This document shows positions 21,667 through 32,711 of a stretch of 64,000 nt of DNA, in pieces. The stretch is from an uncultured candidate division Zixibacteria bacterium (GTDB lineage Bacteria; Zixibacteria; MSB-5A5; UBA10806; 4484-95): the NCBI GenBank assembly GCA_963668625.2, contig CAXXKA010000008.1, positions 320,001-384,000 of the forward strand. Direction: 5' to 3'. The notes beneath the pieces are model-generated. The model worked only from the letters and a program-made list of their open reading frames with translations. It did no database searches and was not told where the DNA came from. The translations under genes were made by a program, and so were the position numbers. How positions within the stretch are numbered: the stretch's first letter is position 1; every line of letters starts with the position of its first letter.

Positions 21667-23361
21667 ATGGCCGAACTGACATATCTCAGAGATTTAGTTA
21701 TTATACTTGCCCTGGCAGTCGTGGTGGTAGCTATATTGCATCGCCTGGGTATACCCACGATTGCGGGGTTCATACTGGCCGGCGTAATCGTCGGGCCGCA
21801 TGCGTTAAAAATTATCGATGATCCTCATCAGGTGGAAATATTAGCCGAGCTTGGCGTGGCCCTGCTGCTATTCGGTATCGGACTGGAGCTGTCGCTCGAT
21901 CGATTGAAAAAGCTTTGGCGACCGATTATCATAGGTGGCACGCTGCAGGTGGGTATGACTATAGCCGCCGCGATATTTATATCACGAGCTTTAGGCTATT
22001 CAACCAATATCTCGATACTGATTGGTTGTTTGCTGGCTATTTCCAGTACTGCCATCGTACTGCGCGGACTGGAGGTGCGCGGCGAGGTCGATGCTCCTCA
22101 CGGGCGATTGACTCTCGGTATTCTGGTTTTTCAGGATTTATTGGTAGTCCCGATGATACTTCTGGTACCGATATTATCCGGCTCCGGCTCCAGTGTCGGC
22201 GAAGTGGCCCTGACAATGGCCCGGGCGGTAGCAATATTAATAGGCGTGGTGCTTGCCTCCCGTCTGGTAGTCCCCCGAGCTCTTCACATGATTGCTAAGA
22301 CCCGTCAAAGGCAACTGTTTTTACTTTCGGTTTTACTAATTGCTATAGGGACTGCCTGGATCACTTCCAGGGCCGGTGTGTCGTTGGCGCTGGGCGCGTT
22401 TTTAGCCGGTCTGGTGGTGGCAGGCTCGGAATACCGTCACCAGGTACTTGCCGATATGATACCGTTTAGAGAAGTTTTCACCAGTATCTTCTTTATCTCG
22501 ATAGGTATGCTTCTTTCGCCTATGTCGTTTATTGAAAATATAATACCAATTGTTTTACTGCTATTAGCGATATTAGTCGGCAAGGCAATAATCGTGTTTA
22601 TCACCGGTATGGCGATGAGGTTGCCGGTGAGGGTGGCTATACTGGCCTCGGCTGCGTTGGCGCAGGTGGGTGAGTTCTCGTTCGTGATCTCGAAATCGGC
22701 GCAGGCGACCGGTTTGCTAACGGAGTATTTGTCGGGCATAATCATTCCGGCGGCAATCCTCTCGATGTTCATAACTCCTTTCGCGCTGGCTTTTGGGCCT
22801 CACCTGGCGGCAGGCGTGGGTAAGATGAAAACTCTCACGAGAATGCTCAAGGTGGTCAGTGTCGAGGACGCTCCGGAGAAAATACGCAAGTTGCACGATC
22901 ACGTTATTATCGGAGGTTACGGTTTCACCGGCGAAAAATTGGCGGAATCGCTCAAAGGCTGCGGTATAGCCTATGTGGTGATAGAGTTAAATCCGCAGAA
23001 CGTTCAGCGAGCGGTGGAAAAAGGCGATCCGGCTTATTACGGTGATATTACCAGCATTGAGGTAATGGAGCATCTCGATTTGACTCATGCCCGAGAACTG
23101 GTGCTGGTGATAAACGATCCCGGAGCAATAGCCCGCGCGATAAAAGCCGCCCGACGGATAGCACCCGAACTACACATTACGGCTCGCACCAACTATCTTC
23201 TCGATGTCAAACCGCTTCTCGATTCGGGAGCTACCGAGGTAGTACCCGCCGAGCTAGAGGCCGCCGTTGAAATCACATCGAGAATAGTAAACAGATGCAA
23301 GATACCCGAGGGCGATATAACCAAACAACTCGATCGTATTCGCAACAAGTGGATGGATTAA
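21667..23361 (+). CDS. CPA2 cation:proton antiporter (Kef-like) with TrkA-N domain
   Basis: AELGVALLLFGIGLE, ISSTAIV, LGAFLAG, QVGEFSFV, C-terminal IIGGYG Rossmann motif. Confidence 0.9.
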   Translation: MAELTYLRDLVIILALAVVVVAILHRLGIPTIAGFILAGVIVGPHALKIIDDPHQVEILAELGVALLLFGIGLELSLDRLKKLWRPIIIGGTLQVGMTIAAAIFISRALGYSTNISILIGCLLAISSTAIVLRGLEVRGEVDAPHGRLTLGILVFQDLLVVPMILLVPILSGSGSSVGEVALTMARAVAILIGVVLASRLVVPRALHMIAKTRQRQLFLLSVLLIAIGTAWITSRAGVSLALGAFLAGLVVAGSEYRHQVLADMIPFREVFTSIFFISIGMLLSPMSFIENIIPIVLLLLAILVGKAIIVFITGMAMRLPVRVAILASAALAQVGEFSFVISKSAQATGLLTEYLSGIIIPAAILSMFITPFALAFGPHLAAGVGKMKTLTRMLKVVSVEDAPEKIRKLHDHVIIGGYGFTGEKLAESLKGCGIAYVVIELNPQNVQRAVEKGDPAYYGDITSIEVMEHLDLTHARELVLVINDPGAIARAIKAARRIAPELHITARTNYLLDVKPLLDSGATEVVPAELEAAVEITSRIVNRCKIPEGDITKQLDRIRNKWMD

Positions 23362-23540
23362 AAATAAATTCTTAAAAACTGATATTTACATGGATATATT
23401 CGTTGTCTATAGTCATACTCATTTTAAAAACATATTGCTTCGTGATCAGGTGAGAGAGGCTACTATATCTAAAGTCTATAGCGGGAATTACATCATGATA
23501 TTTTATAATTATCTCTAATCCAGAGATTATACGAAACGTT

Positions 23541-24032
23541 TTAAATCTTCATTCCAACCATAGCCACCTGGTAAGCATATTCCCGGGCAGGCCATTCGAA
23601 TTCCAGGCCGACCTGACTGACTGTTTCCACCAGGTCAACACCCGAACCCTCCGGGCAGTACAGAGCGATATAGCCGGGATGGTCAAGAAGGAAATCGTTA
23701 ACTTTCAAGCGTAACTGTTTTCTGGCTCGCCCCTGCCAATACAAACAACAATAAACCTGCTTTTCGCTCCAGTTGGGGTGACGTTTTTTCATGATTTCGG
23801 CGTGCGCTTTTAAATCGAATTTGTTGATTATACAGAATACCGGTTTTGCCATATCTATCAGTTTATCCAACAGCGGCGCGCGAGGCGGGCAGATATCACG
23901 CCTGTTATAATTCGGGCAGCCTTTGGGATGACCGGGGTATGGTAGTTTGCAGTAACCACGCACACGCCGGTCTATAATTGGAGTCACCTGAATCACCTCA
24001 ATATCCCGAATATCCGATATTATCGCTTTCAT
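23541..24032 (-). CDS. DUF2284-like Cys-rich metal-binding protein
   Basis: C...GCPNY...CPP and PEGSGVD motifs; ATG at 24032 preferred over the TTG at 24062. Confidence 0.7.
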   Translation of the reverse strand: MKAIISDIRDIEVIQVTPIIDRRVRGYCKLPYPGHPKGCPNYNRRDICPPRAPLLDKLIDMAKPVFCIINKFDLKAHAEIMKKRHPNWSEKQVYCCLYWQGRARKQLRLKVNDFLLDHPGYIALYCPEGSGVDLVETVSQVGLEFEWPAREYAYQVAMVGMKI

Positions 24033-24257
24033 GATGTTACAATATATATATAAATCCGCCAATTAACAATTTGATATTATTATCAGTGGCCTCATAGAAA
24101 TCTTTGCTATCGAATCATTTTGACAGTTTGTAATTATATTTAACCGGATTAATCAAATGCAATATTTATTATGAGTACCCGTATATCCAATTGATTATTA
24201 GTGATTACGATACCGATACAGTTAACAGGGGGAATACTCATTCAAGAGTATTATAAT

Positions 24258-27242
24258 ATGTCATCGAATATGGAAAACGATTATTACTCCGATATATCAT
24301 GCAGTGTCAGCCTGAAAGATGTTCGCTGGATATTCAGGGCGCGTTTTGTTTCCGCTCTGGTGATATTGCTGGCTTACTATTTTATCTGGGTCGGTAATCT
24401 GCTCCAATTCGAATTCTGGGTGTTTGCCATCGCCCCTGTTTTCGAGATGTTCGTGAATCAACCGTATAAAATCATAATCACTCGGATAAAAAACCGTCAA
24501 TTATTGCTGGTAATCAATCATATTCTGGATATCATAGCAATTACCTGGGGCATGCATTTCGCGGGTGGCATGAATATGCCCGTATTGCTGCTTGCTTATG
24601 CCCTGGTGATAATTTACAGTGGTTTCGCCCTGCGTTCGTATTTTTCATATATTCTGGCAAACCTGGCTTTTATCGCTCATGGAATCCTGGTCTACCTGGA
24701 GCTTTCAGGGCAGATACCGACGATCGACTCTCTCAGGAACGATATAGTTATGAGCACCGATATCAGGATAGCGACGACGATACTGGTATTGCCGTTTTTT
24801 AATCTGATCGCGCATTTTTCCACGTACCTGTCGATCGGTCTGAAAGCTGGTAGAAGTGATCTCAAACAGGCTGTTTCCGATCTTCAGAGTGAAAACCGGG
24901 AACGAATAGGGATAGAATCAGCTCTTCGTGAAAGTGAGGAGAAGTATCGCTCGATATTCGAGTTATTCGTTGACCTGTATTATCAAACCGATATTAAAGG
25001 GATCATAACCAATGTCTCACCCTCGTGCGCCAGATTGTCGGGTTATTTACCCGAGGAGGTAATCGGCAAAAATGTCACCCTGTTTTATCCCAACCCCGAG
25101 CAGAGAAATTCGTTGATGAAAGAATTGCTGTTGAAAGACACGATATATGATTTCGAGATTATATTGAGGAGTAAGGATGGCCGTCACGTGCCCTCCTCGG
25201 TTAGCAGTCGAATCATTTACGGTGAATCCAACAAGCCCGTTCGTATAGAGGGAGCGGTTAGAGACATCTCCAGCCGAAAGAGAACCGAGGAAAAATTGAA
25301 ACATGTTTCCTCGAGGAATCAAGCGATACTTGCAGCCATTCCCGATATCATCATGGAGGTCGATAAGAATAAAATATACACATGGGCCAACCGGGCGGGT
25401 TACCAATTTTTCGGCAAAGATGTTATCGGTAAGAACGCCGAATATTATTTCGAGGGCGAGCAAGATACTTTAACCCTGGTGAATCATCTATTCAAGGGGG
25501 ATGAAGAGGTAGTCTATGTAGAAAGCTGGCAACGTCGCAATGATAATCAAGTCAGGCTTTTGGCCTGGTGGTGCCGGGTTCTCAAAGATATCCAGGGGAA
25601 TACCGTAGGAGCGCTTTCTACGGCCAGGGATATCACCGAGATAAAACAGGCCGAACAATCACTTCTAAATTCAGAGAGAAAGTATCGATCTCTTATCGAG
25701 GCCATGCGGGATGGTGTCGGTTACACCGATCTGGATGAAAACATTCTGTTCGCTAATAATTCCATGTGCCGTATTTTCGGTTACACCAGGGATGAGTTAG
25801 TCGGCATGAATTTAAGAGATATCGTGGTAAAGGATGACCTGGATAAGGTATATGCCGGCACCAGGCGACGAAGGTCCAGGCGCTACGACCAGTATGAGAT
25901 ATCCATCATACGTAAAAACGGAGAGCATCGCCAGATAAGCGCCTCGATCACGCCTCTTCTTAACGATATCGGAAAAGTAATCGGCTCTGTAGGCATATTA
26001 GCCGATATCTCGGAGATGAAGAAAGCAGAAGAGGAGAAAAGGCAGCTCAAAGAGAAACTGATTCGGGCACAGCGTATGGAATCGCTGGGAGTTTTAGCCG
26101 GCGGTGTAGCTCATGACCTGAATAATATACTGGGCCCGCTTATTGCCTACCCGGATATTATCAAGATGGATCTTCCCGAGGACAGCCGCATAGCCCAGCA
26201 AGTCACCCGCATGGAGAAATCGGCCTTGCGGGCGGTTGATATAGTACAGGATTTGCTTACCATGGCTCGCCGGGGGCGGTATGAGATGAGTCCACTAAAT
26301 ATCAATACCGTGATCGAGGATTATTTGAGCTCCGCTGATTTTTCTAATGCTAAGACCAAACATCCAGAAATCGAGGTGATAATGACTCTCGATAAATCAA
26401 TCCCGCCGGTGCATGGTTCCTATGCGCATCTCTCGAAAGTGGTAATGAACCTGGCTATTAACGCCATTGAGGCTATGCCCGGGGGAGGCGAGTTGACATT
26501 AAAAACCGAGCATAAAAATATCGAACAACTTATCGGTGGATTCGATAATATCGAAACCGGGGAGTACGCGATTATAACTGTCAGCGATACCGGGCTCGGT
26601 ATTGATGAAAAAGATTTAAAGCACATGTTCGAGCCGTTTTATTCAAAAAAGGAGATGGGTCGAAGCGGCAGTGGCCTGGGATTGGCAATCGTATATGGAG
26701 TGCTTAAAGATCATAACGGCTACATCGATGTTATAAGCAAACTGAACGAGGGAAGCAATTTCATCATTTATCTTCCTATCGTTAATGTTGATGAGGAGTT
26801 GGAGGAGAAACCAGTAATAGATATCAGGGGAAACGAAAGGATACTTATTGTCGATGATATAGAGGAACAGCGCGAACTGGCCTCGACCATGCTTTCGACG
26901 CTCGGTTACACTGTCGAGGTTATGCCGGAGGGTAGATCGGCGGTCGAGTTCATAACTAAAAACGATGTCGACCTGGTGGTGCTGGATATGATAATGGAAA
27001 ACGATTTTGACGGTTTGGACACATATAAAGAGATGGTCAAATACAAACCCGGGCAGAAAGCCATTATCGCAAGTGGTTATGCGCAAACCGACAGGGTAAG
27101 AGAGGCGGAGAGTATTGGAGTTAGCAAATATATACGCAAACCTTACACTATGCAGAAATTAGGCAAGGCGATCAGGGAGGTGCTGGAGGTAAAAGGAAGC
27201 GATTATCGAGAGGAACCGAAAGTAACCCAGCAATCCGTATGA
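24258..27242 (+). CDS. Membrane-bound hybrid sensor histidine kinase with three PAS domains and a receiver domain
   Basis: N-terminal TM bundle; PAS/PAC repeats; GGVAHDLNNIL H-box, NA.EAM, DTG.G, GSGLGL; C-terminal IVDD...LDMIM...KP; ORF opens at 24201. Confidence 0.92.
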   Translation: MSSNMENDYYSDISCSVSLKDVRWIFRARFVSALVILLAYYFIWVGNLLQFEFWVFAIAPVFEMFVNQPYKIIITRIKNRQLLLVINHILDIIAITWGMHFAGGMNMPVLLLAYALVIIYSGFALRSYFSYILANLAFIAHGILVYLELSGQIPTIDSLRNDIVMSTDIRIATTILVLPFFNLIAHFSTYLSIGLKAGRSDLKQAVSDLQSENRERIGIESALRESEEKYRSIFELFVDLYYQTDIKGIITNVSPSCARLSGYLPEEVIGKNVTLFYPNPEQRNSLMKELLLKDTIYDFEIILRSKDGRHVPSSVSSRIIYGESNKPVRIEGAVRDISSRKRTEEKLKHVSSRNQAILAAIPDIIMEVDKNKIYTWANRAGYQFFGKDVIGKNAEYYFEGEQDTLTLVNHLFKGDEEVVYVESWQRRNDNQVRLLAWWCRVLKDIQGNTVGALSTARDITEIKQAEQSLLNSERKYRSLIEAMRDGVGYTDLDENILFANNSMCRIFGYTRDELVGMNLRDIVVKDDLDKVYAGTRRRRSRRYDQYEISIIRKNGEHRQISASITPLLNDIGKVIGSVGILADISEMKKAEEEKRQLKEKLIRAQRMESLGVLAGGVAHDLNNILGPLIAYPDIIKMDLPEDSRIAQQVTRMEKSALRAVDIVQDLLTMARRGRYEMSPLNINTVIEDYLSSADFSNAKTKHPEIEVIMTLDKSIPPVHGSYAHLSKVVMNLAINAIEAMPGGGELTLKTEHKNIEQLIGGFDNIETGEYAIITVSDTGLGIDEKDLKHMFEPFYSKKEMGRSGSGLGLAIVYGVLKDHNGYIDVISKLNEGSNFIIYLPIVNVDEELEEKPVIDIRGNERILIVDDIEEQRELASTMLSTLGYTVEVMPEGRSAVEFITKNDVDLVVLDMIMENDFDGLDTYKEMVKYKPGQKAIIASGYAQTDRVREAESIGVSKYIRKPYTMQKLGKAIREVLEVKGSDYREEPKVTQQSV

Positions 27243-27370
27243 TTAAAATAGGAAAATAAGTCATTCCCGAAAGGTGAAATCCACATTTTTATGAGGAAGA
27301 AACGGCAATGAATCAGGGTAATCCATCTCAACTACCGTGAGGTGGGAAAGCCGGTCGTGCTGCAAGCAAC

Positions 27371-27811
27371 CTAAGGCGTAAATCTCTCCAGATTCTTATA
27401 AATACGCCCGAGATAGCTTTCGAATCTCTCGATCTCATTAGTCGAAAAACCGTTGTACAATATCCGGCTCATCCCGCGCGATACGCCAACATATAAATCC
27501 TGGAAGGCTTTATCTTTCCTGGTACGCTCTATGAATATCTGGCGGCGGTCAATTTCGGACCTGACTCGTCTTATCAGGCCGGCACTCTCCAGACGGTCGA
27601 GCATACTGGTTAATGTCGATTTGCCCAGCGAAGTCTCTTTGGCCAGCTCGGATATCGGGATTTTACCGCATCTCCAGAGAGCGAACATTATACGCCCCTG
27701 GGATGGATTAATCTCTTTTACGCCGTGATCTTTCAACAGACGGCTGAAAACCCGTCCTGTTAGCTGATGTATTTTGGCGATTAATCTGTCGCCGGTGCGC
27801 TCTTTGCTCAT
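27371..27811 (-). CDS. MarR-family transcriptional regulator
   Basis: ELA...LGKSTLTSMLDRLE..GLIRR....DRR. Confidence 0.9.
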   Translation of the reverse strand: MSKERTGDRLIAKIHQLTGRVFSRLLKDHGVKEINPSQGRIMFALWRCGKIPISELAKETSLGKSTLTSMLDRLESAGLIRRVRSEIDRRQIFIERTRKDKAFQDLYVGVSRGMSRILYNGFSTNEIERFESYLGRIYKNLERFTP

Positions 27812-28139
27812 TTATTACCCCGCCTTAGTAATTTCCTGATTGTCCCATCATAATACCGGCTATTATATGATTTTGGTGAGTTTTGTCAAGCTAATGTATT
27901 GGTTTAAGCGGTTATTTTGCAGCCAGTTACGATGATGTAACCGGATTTTCATGATATTATATGGGAAATTACTATATAGTAGCATACTAAAGGAGGTTGG
28001 TAGAGAGTCTCCGGGAACGGATTTTATCAACAATCCCGGAGACATTAATCGGGCGCGAATCTATTTAAACATGTAAGTAATATTTATAATTTCTTGCGCG
28101 GGTTAGTCACGCCCCAGGTAAGCGCGATTTACTACTGAA

Positions 28140-28916
28140 TCATTGGTCTTTAAACGGCTCTTTCACGAGTTTGCAATTTATCATTGAGGTGGTGAATTCT
28201 TTGGTCAGGCTGCAATGAATTAACTTTAATTTCCGTATCGGCGTGATTTCAATCGAGGCGATATTAAACGGGCTGTCCTCCACGATTTTCAAAAACCGCT
28301 TCACTGTCATCTTGTTTAACCCGCCGGCGATCTCGGACAGATTGGTGGCGCCATCATTTTTGAATTTCCCTCGCCATCTTATGATCGATTTCTCGGAGCA
28401 TATCAGATGAGCCCAGGGGAACACCGAGCAGGAGTGGCCGCCTACGGGATGGTACCACACCGGGCCGAACGAGATTAACACGCAACCGCCCTCTTTCAGG
28501 AAATTATACATATTGCTCAGCTCTTTAGCGGGATCACCATAATGCTCGAAAGCATCCTTGCTGATAATGATATCCGCCCGGCAATCGGTAGCCTGGCAAA
28601 ATTGGCAAATATCTCCTACATTTTGCTCGGCGGCGCGGTTTTTTCCCAGCTCTAAAAAATGCTCCTGTATATCAATCCCAATAGCTTTACTCGCGCCCCA
28701 CTTAGCTATCTGAATCGTATCCCGGCCGGTGCCGCAGCCATAATCTATGACTGTCTTGCCTAGCACCAGTTCAGCTATACTATCGCCGAAAATGTTTTTC
28801 AAGTTCGAGGCGGTATTGGCGCTTTGCTCCGACACCTCATCAGCTAGCCCGTTATTTTTCAATTGTTGGGCTTTGGTTAAAATGAATTCGCCGAGTCTGC
28901 CGCCGATTAAGGCCAT
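28140..28916 (-). CDS. Class I SAM-dependent methyltransferase
   Basis: VIDYGCGTG, GIDI, FEH, LKEGG; GAGGAGG RBS. Confidence 0.88.
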   Translation of the reverse strand: MALIGGRLGEFILTKAQQLKNNGLADEVSEQSANTASNLKNIFGDSIAELVLGKTVIDYGCGTGRDTIQIAKWGASKAIGIDIQEHFLELGKNRAAEQNVGDICQFCQATDCRADIIISKDAFEHYGDPAKELSNMYNFLKEGGCVLISFGPVWYHPVGGHSCSVFPWAHLICSEKSIIRWRGKFKNDGATNLSEIAGGLNKMTVKRFLKIVEDSPFNIASIEITPIRKLKLIHCSLTKEFTTSMINCKLVKEPFKDQ

Positions 28917-29453
28917 GAGTACCTCCTCGTTTCATACCTGTTTGAGCCGGTGTCAGGAAACGTTAACCGATAAAATGAATTTCAGACTATAACCAGGTTG
29001 CTAAGTAATACTATTGTCTATGCAGTCGAGATTTATAGAATGCATAAAATTTGCTTAATGACCAAAACAGTAATCCGCGCCAGCAACAACACGAGCTGGT
29101 GTAAACATCCAAATAGCAATAAGTTCAGTGTACTGTCAAGTGATGTAAAACAATGTCTGCTACAAGTTAGCAAATAAGAATATGAAGTCAAGATAATTTG
29201 TTAGAGTTTAAACAATCTTTCAGAACTATTTTTTCTAAGCTTGTTTGACCATAAATTATGTTTTATAGGCGAACGATTTTAAAGCTCAATCATTTCACTA
29301 AAACTATAATATATATTACCATACCTACAATATGCTTGCAATGTAAAAGAAAAAATAGTAATTTTAATGATATAGTCAATATTGGAGAAACTAAAGCAAT
29401 TATAAATAGGAAAAGCATAATAACTACTGTTAAATTTTAATCAGGAGGCTCTA

Positions 29454-29660
29454 GTGTCATTCGTTACATATGAAAATACAAACAATCCGCATGTGGCCAT
29501 CCATCGCGAAGATTGTTCGCATATCAATAAACATGGCGGCGTGCATCGGGATGGAAAAGAACATTACCATTACCATGAAAGCTACAACGAGGCTGTAAGA
29601 TATGCTGAAACTTTAAAATTGGAATTGAAAGTTTGCAGCACTTGTAATCCTGATATGTAA
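29454..29660 (+). CDS. Small putative Zn-binding protein
   Basis: AGGAGG RBS before GTG; H-x3-C...CSTC. Confidence 0.6.
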   Translation: MSFVTYENTNNPHVAIHREDCSHINKHGGVHRDGKEHYHYHESYNEAVRYAETLKLELKVCSTCNPDM

Positions 29661-29699
29661 TACTATTGCACTAAAATAAGATTATTAAGGGAGGATGCT

Positions 29700-30098
29700 G
29701 TGGCTATTTTCGGTATAGGCGCATATTATGAAAAAGACGTAAGCCAGAAATTTATAGATCAGAAGATAATCGGTACTGGCCATTCTGAAATTGATGGTCC
29801 CGATATTCACTGCTTTATTAAATCTCTAAAGGTTGGCGATATTGTTTATATTAAATCATATCCCCCAGCAGCTGAACATATCACCATAAAAGCTATTGGA
29901 GTCATAACAGATATGTTTATTATTAGTAATAAAGATGTCGCAATCGGCAGAAATGTAAGCTGGTTAAGCCTTGAGAAATTTGATATTCTACCGCCAACTG
30001 GTAAAAACCAAGTAAGATACAATACTCTTTATGAAGAATGGCATCCCAGCGTTCAAAAAGTTATTATTGATAGAGTATTAAGTCGCCTGGTAGCGTAG
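29700..30098 (+). CDS. Hypothetical protein, possibly PUA/EVE-like
   Basis: GGAGG RBS before GTG; LKVGDIVYIK...AIGVI pattern. Confidence 0.6.
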   Translation: MAIFGIGAYYEKDVSQKFIDQKIIGTGHSEIDGPDIHCFIKSLKVGDIVYIKSYPPAAEHITIKAIGVITDMFIISNKDVAIGRNVSWLSLEKFDILPPTGKNQVRYNTLYEEWHPSVQKVIIDRVLSRLVA

Positions 30099-30439
30099 TA
30101 ATTTATTTATTGAGATTTTGAATTCACTTTTTATAGCCATATAAATCGACATGGGATTGGTTCAATGACAGTCAACTTGATAAAGTGCTGTGATATTCTA
30201 AATAATTTCTCTCCCCAAGAATAATAACCTTCTATAACCATTTAATTTCTAAGATAATATCCAAAAATCTTATAATACCATCCGCTTCTTTTATTTCCCT
30301 TCCCCAAATGTCACATATAATTTTCCTTGACTATTTCATCGAAAACCCTAAATTTCCTGAATGTTTAGCCTTTTGAGAATGTGAAAAAAGTAACTAGTAA
30401 TATAAATGATGTTGTGGTTCAACTAACGGAGGAGTTTTA

Positions 30440-32422
30440 ATGAGTTACGGTCTTATAGCCGCCGTTTTAGGTGGGGTTGGCTTAATCTTTGCCTTCTTCC
30501 TCTATCTTTCGATTGCCCGCAAGGATGCTGGTACCGACCAGATGAAAGAACTTGCGAAGGTCATTCATGATGGCGCTATGGTGTTCCTTAAACGGGAATA
30601 CTCGATCCTGGCTATTTTTATCGTGGTCGTATTTGCCCTGTTAGCCTGGAGAATCGGTCTGTGGACAGGTATCTGCTTCGTAAGCGGCGCTCTCTGTTCG
30701 ATGATCGCCGGCTGGTTCGGCATGCAGGCCGCTACCAAAGCTAACGTACGCACCGCCGCCGCCGCCAAGAATTCAGGCGAGCCGGCCGCGTTGAAAGTCG
30801 CATTCTCGGGCGGCGCAGTAATGGGTATGTCGGTCGCCAGTCTGGGCTTGATCGGCGTGGGTGTCTATTTCTATTTCTTCGGCGACCCCGAAGCATTCAA
30901 GAGTGTCAGTGGTTTCGCTATGGGCGCGTCCTCTATCGCCCTGTTCGCTCGTGTCGGTGGTGGTATTTACACCAAGGCCGCTGATGTCGGCGCTGACCTC
31001 GTCGGTAAAGTCGAGGCAGGTATTCCCGAGGACGATCCTCGTAACCCCGCTGTCATAGCTGATAACGTAGGCGACAACGTAGGCGACACAGCCGGTATGG
31101 GCGCTGATTTATTCGAGTCGTATGTCGGTTCGATTATCGCGGCTATCACGATCGCGGCCACCGCTACCTGGGGAAATATCCCTCAGTTGCGCGAGGCTTA
31201 CATGGCCCTGCCGCTTCTTATCGTAACTGTCGGTATCGTTGCCTCTATGCTGGGTATTCTGTCGGTACACGTTTTCGCCAAGATGGACCCGGCGGCAGTA
31301 TTAAGAATCGTAACTTATGTCGGCTCCGTATTGATGCTTGGCGCTACCTATGTGCTGGTTTCGCAAACCGGCGTTGCGGTCAGCGTATTCTGGGCAGTGC
31401 TTGCCGGTAATGTCGCCGGTATCATCCTCGGCCTTCTTACCGAGTACTATACGGCAGCCGGGCCAATTCGCAAAATCGCCGATGCCTGTAAGACAGGTCC
31501 GGCCACCTGTATTATCGCCGGCTTGGATGTCGGTATGCAATCGGTTGCTCTGCCGGTGCTGGTTATCTCGATAGCTGTTTATGTCGCTCATATGCTTGCC
31601 GGTTTATACGGTATCGGTATTGCCGCTGTTGGTATGCTGGGTACTATCGGTGTTACCATGGCCGTTGACGCTTACGGTCCGGTTGCCGATAATGCCGGCG
31701 GTATCACCGAGATGGCCGGTCTGGGTAAAGATATCAGAAAAATCACTGATCACCTCGATGCCCTGGGTAACACCACCGCCGCCATAGGTAAGGGTTTCGC
31801 GATCGGTTCGGCCGCGTTAACCGCGTTGGCCCTGTTCTCGGCTTACAGTTCGGCTGTCGGCCTCGAGGCTATCGACCTGATGAACGTGACAGTTATTGTC
31901 GGTCTGTTCATTGGCGGTATCCTGCCATTCCTGGTCGCCTCGTTCACCATGAGCGCCGTGGGTAAAGCTGCGTTCAAGATGGTGGAAGAGGTTCGTCGCC
32001 AGTTTAAAGAGATACCCGGCCTGATGGAAGGCACCGGCAAACCCGATAGCGCCCGCTGCGTGGATATCGCCACTGTCGGCGCTCTTCAGCAGATGGTACT
32101 CCCCGGCTTGTTAGCCATTCTGGCCCCGATATTGGTCGGTACCATACTGGGTAAAGAGGCCCTGGGCGGTATGCTCGGTGGCGCTACCTTAACTGGTGTG
32201 CTGATGGCTCTTATGATGTCAAACGGTGGCGGCGCCTGGGATAACGCCAAGAAATATATCGAAGGCGGCGCACATGGCGGTAAAGGCTCCGAGGCCCATA
32301 AAGCTGCCGTGGTAGGCGATACCGTAGGCGATCCGTTCAAGGATACCTCCGGCCCCTCGATGAACATCCTTATTAAGTTGATGGCCATCGTCTCGCTGGT
32401 ATTGGCTCCGTTATTCGTCTAG
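30440..32422 (+). CDS. hppA: Membrane-bound ion-translocating pyrophosphatase, K+-dependent type
   Basis: [45 protein letters not shown]. Confidence 0.96.
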   Translation: MSYGLIAAVLGGVGLIFAFFLYLSIARKDAGTDQMKELAKVIHDGAMVFLKREYSILAIFIVVVFALLAWRIGLWTGICFVSGALCSMIAGWFGMQAATKANVRTAAAAKNSGEPAALKVAFSGGAVMGMSVASLGLIGVGVYFYFFGDPEAFKSVSGFAMGASSIALFARVGGGIYTKAADVGADLVGKVEAGIPEDDPRNPAVIADNVGDNVGDTAGMGADLFESYVGSIIAAITIAATATWGNIPQLREAYMALPLLIVTVGIVASMLGILSVHVFAKMDPAAVLRIVTYVGSVLMLGATYVLVSQTGVAVSVFWAVLAGNVAGIILGLLTEYYTAAGPIRKIADACKTGPATCIIAGLDVGMQSVALPVLVISIAVYVAHMLAGLYGIGIAAVGMLGTIGVTMAVDAYGPVADNAGGITEMAGLGKDIRKITDHLDALGNTTAAIGKGFAIGSAALTALALFSAYSSAVGLEAIDLMNVTVIVGLFIGGILPFLVASFTMSAVGKAAFKMVEEVRRQFKEIPGLMEGTGKPDSARCVDIATVGALQQMVLPGLLAILAPILVGTILGKEALGGMLGGATLTGVLMALMMSNGGGAWDNAKKYIEGGAHGGKGSEAHKAAVVGDTVGDPFKDTSGPSMNILIKLMAIVSLVLAPLFV

Positions 32423-32477
32423 TTAAATGAAATTTCCGCTTTCAGGTTGACCCCCCTCGCCTGAAAGTGTCCGATAG

Positions 32478-32509
32478 AAACCGCTCGGGTAACCGGGCGG
32501 TTTTTTTTT
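32478..32509 (+). terminator. hppA terminator
   Basis: CCGCTCGG-GTAA-CCGGGCGG followed by T9. Confidence 0.85.
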
Positions 32510-32711
32510 AGGAACGTATCGAATGAACCATAGTGTATTAAATACGGTGGCACGCTATTCAATCACATCTTTCTCTATTTTGATTATTGATTGATTTTTA
32601 TCATATGATTGTCATTCCAGATTTGCCTCGGGAGCCAGGGAGAGATGGTATAATTATCGTTAATTTTTATGCTATATTGATAACTTTAAAAACAATTAAA
32701 CTCCGGGGGGA

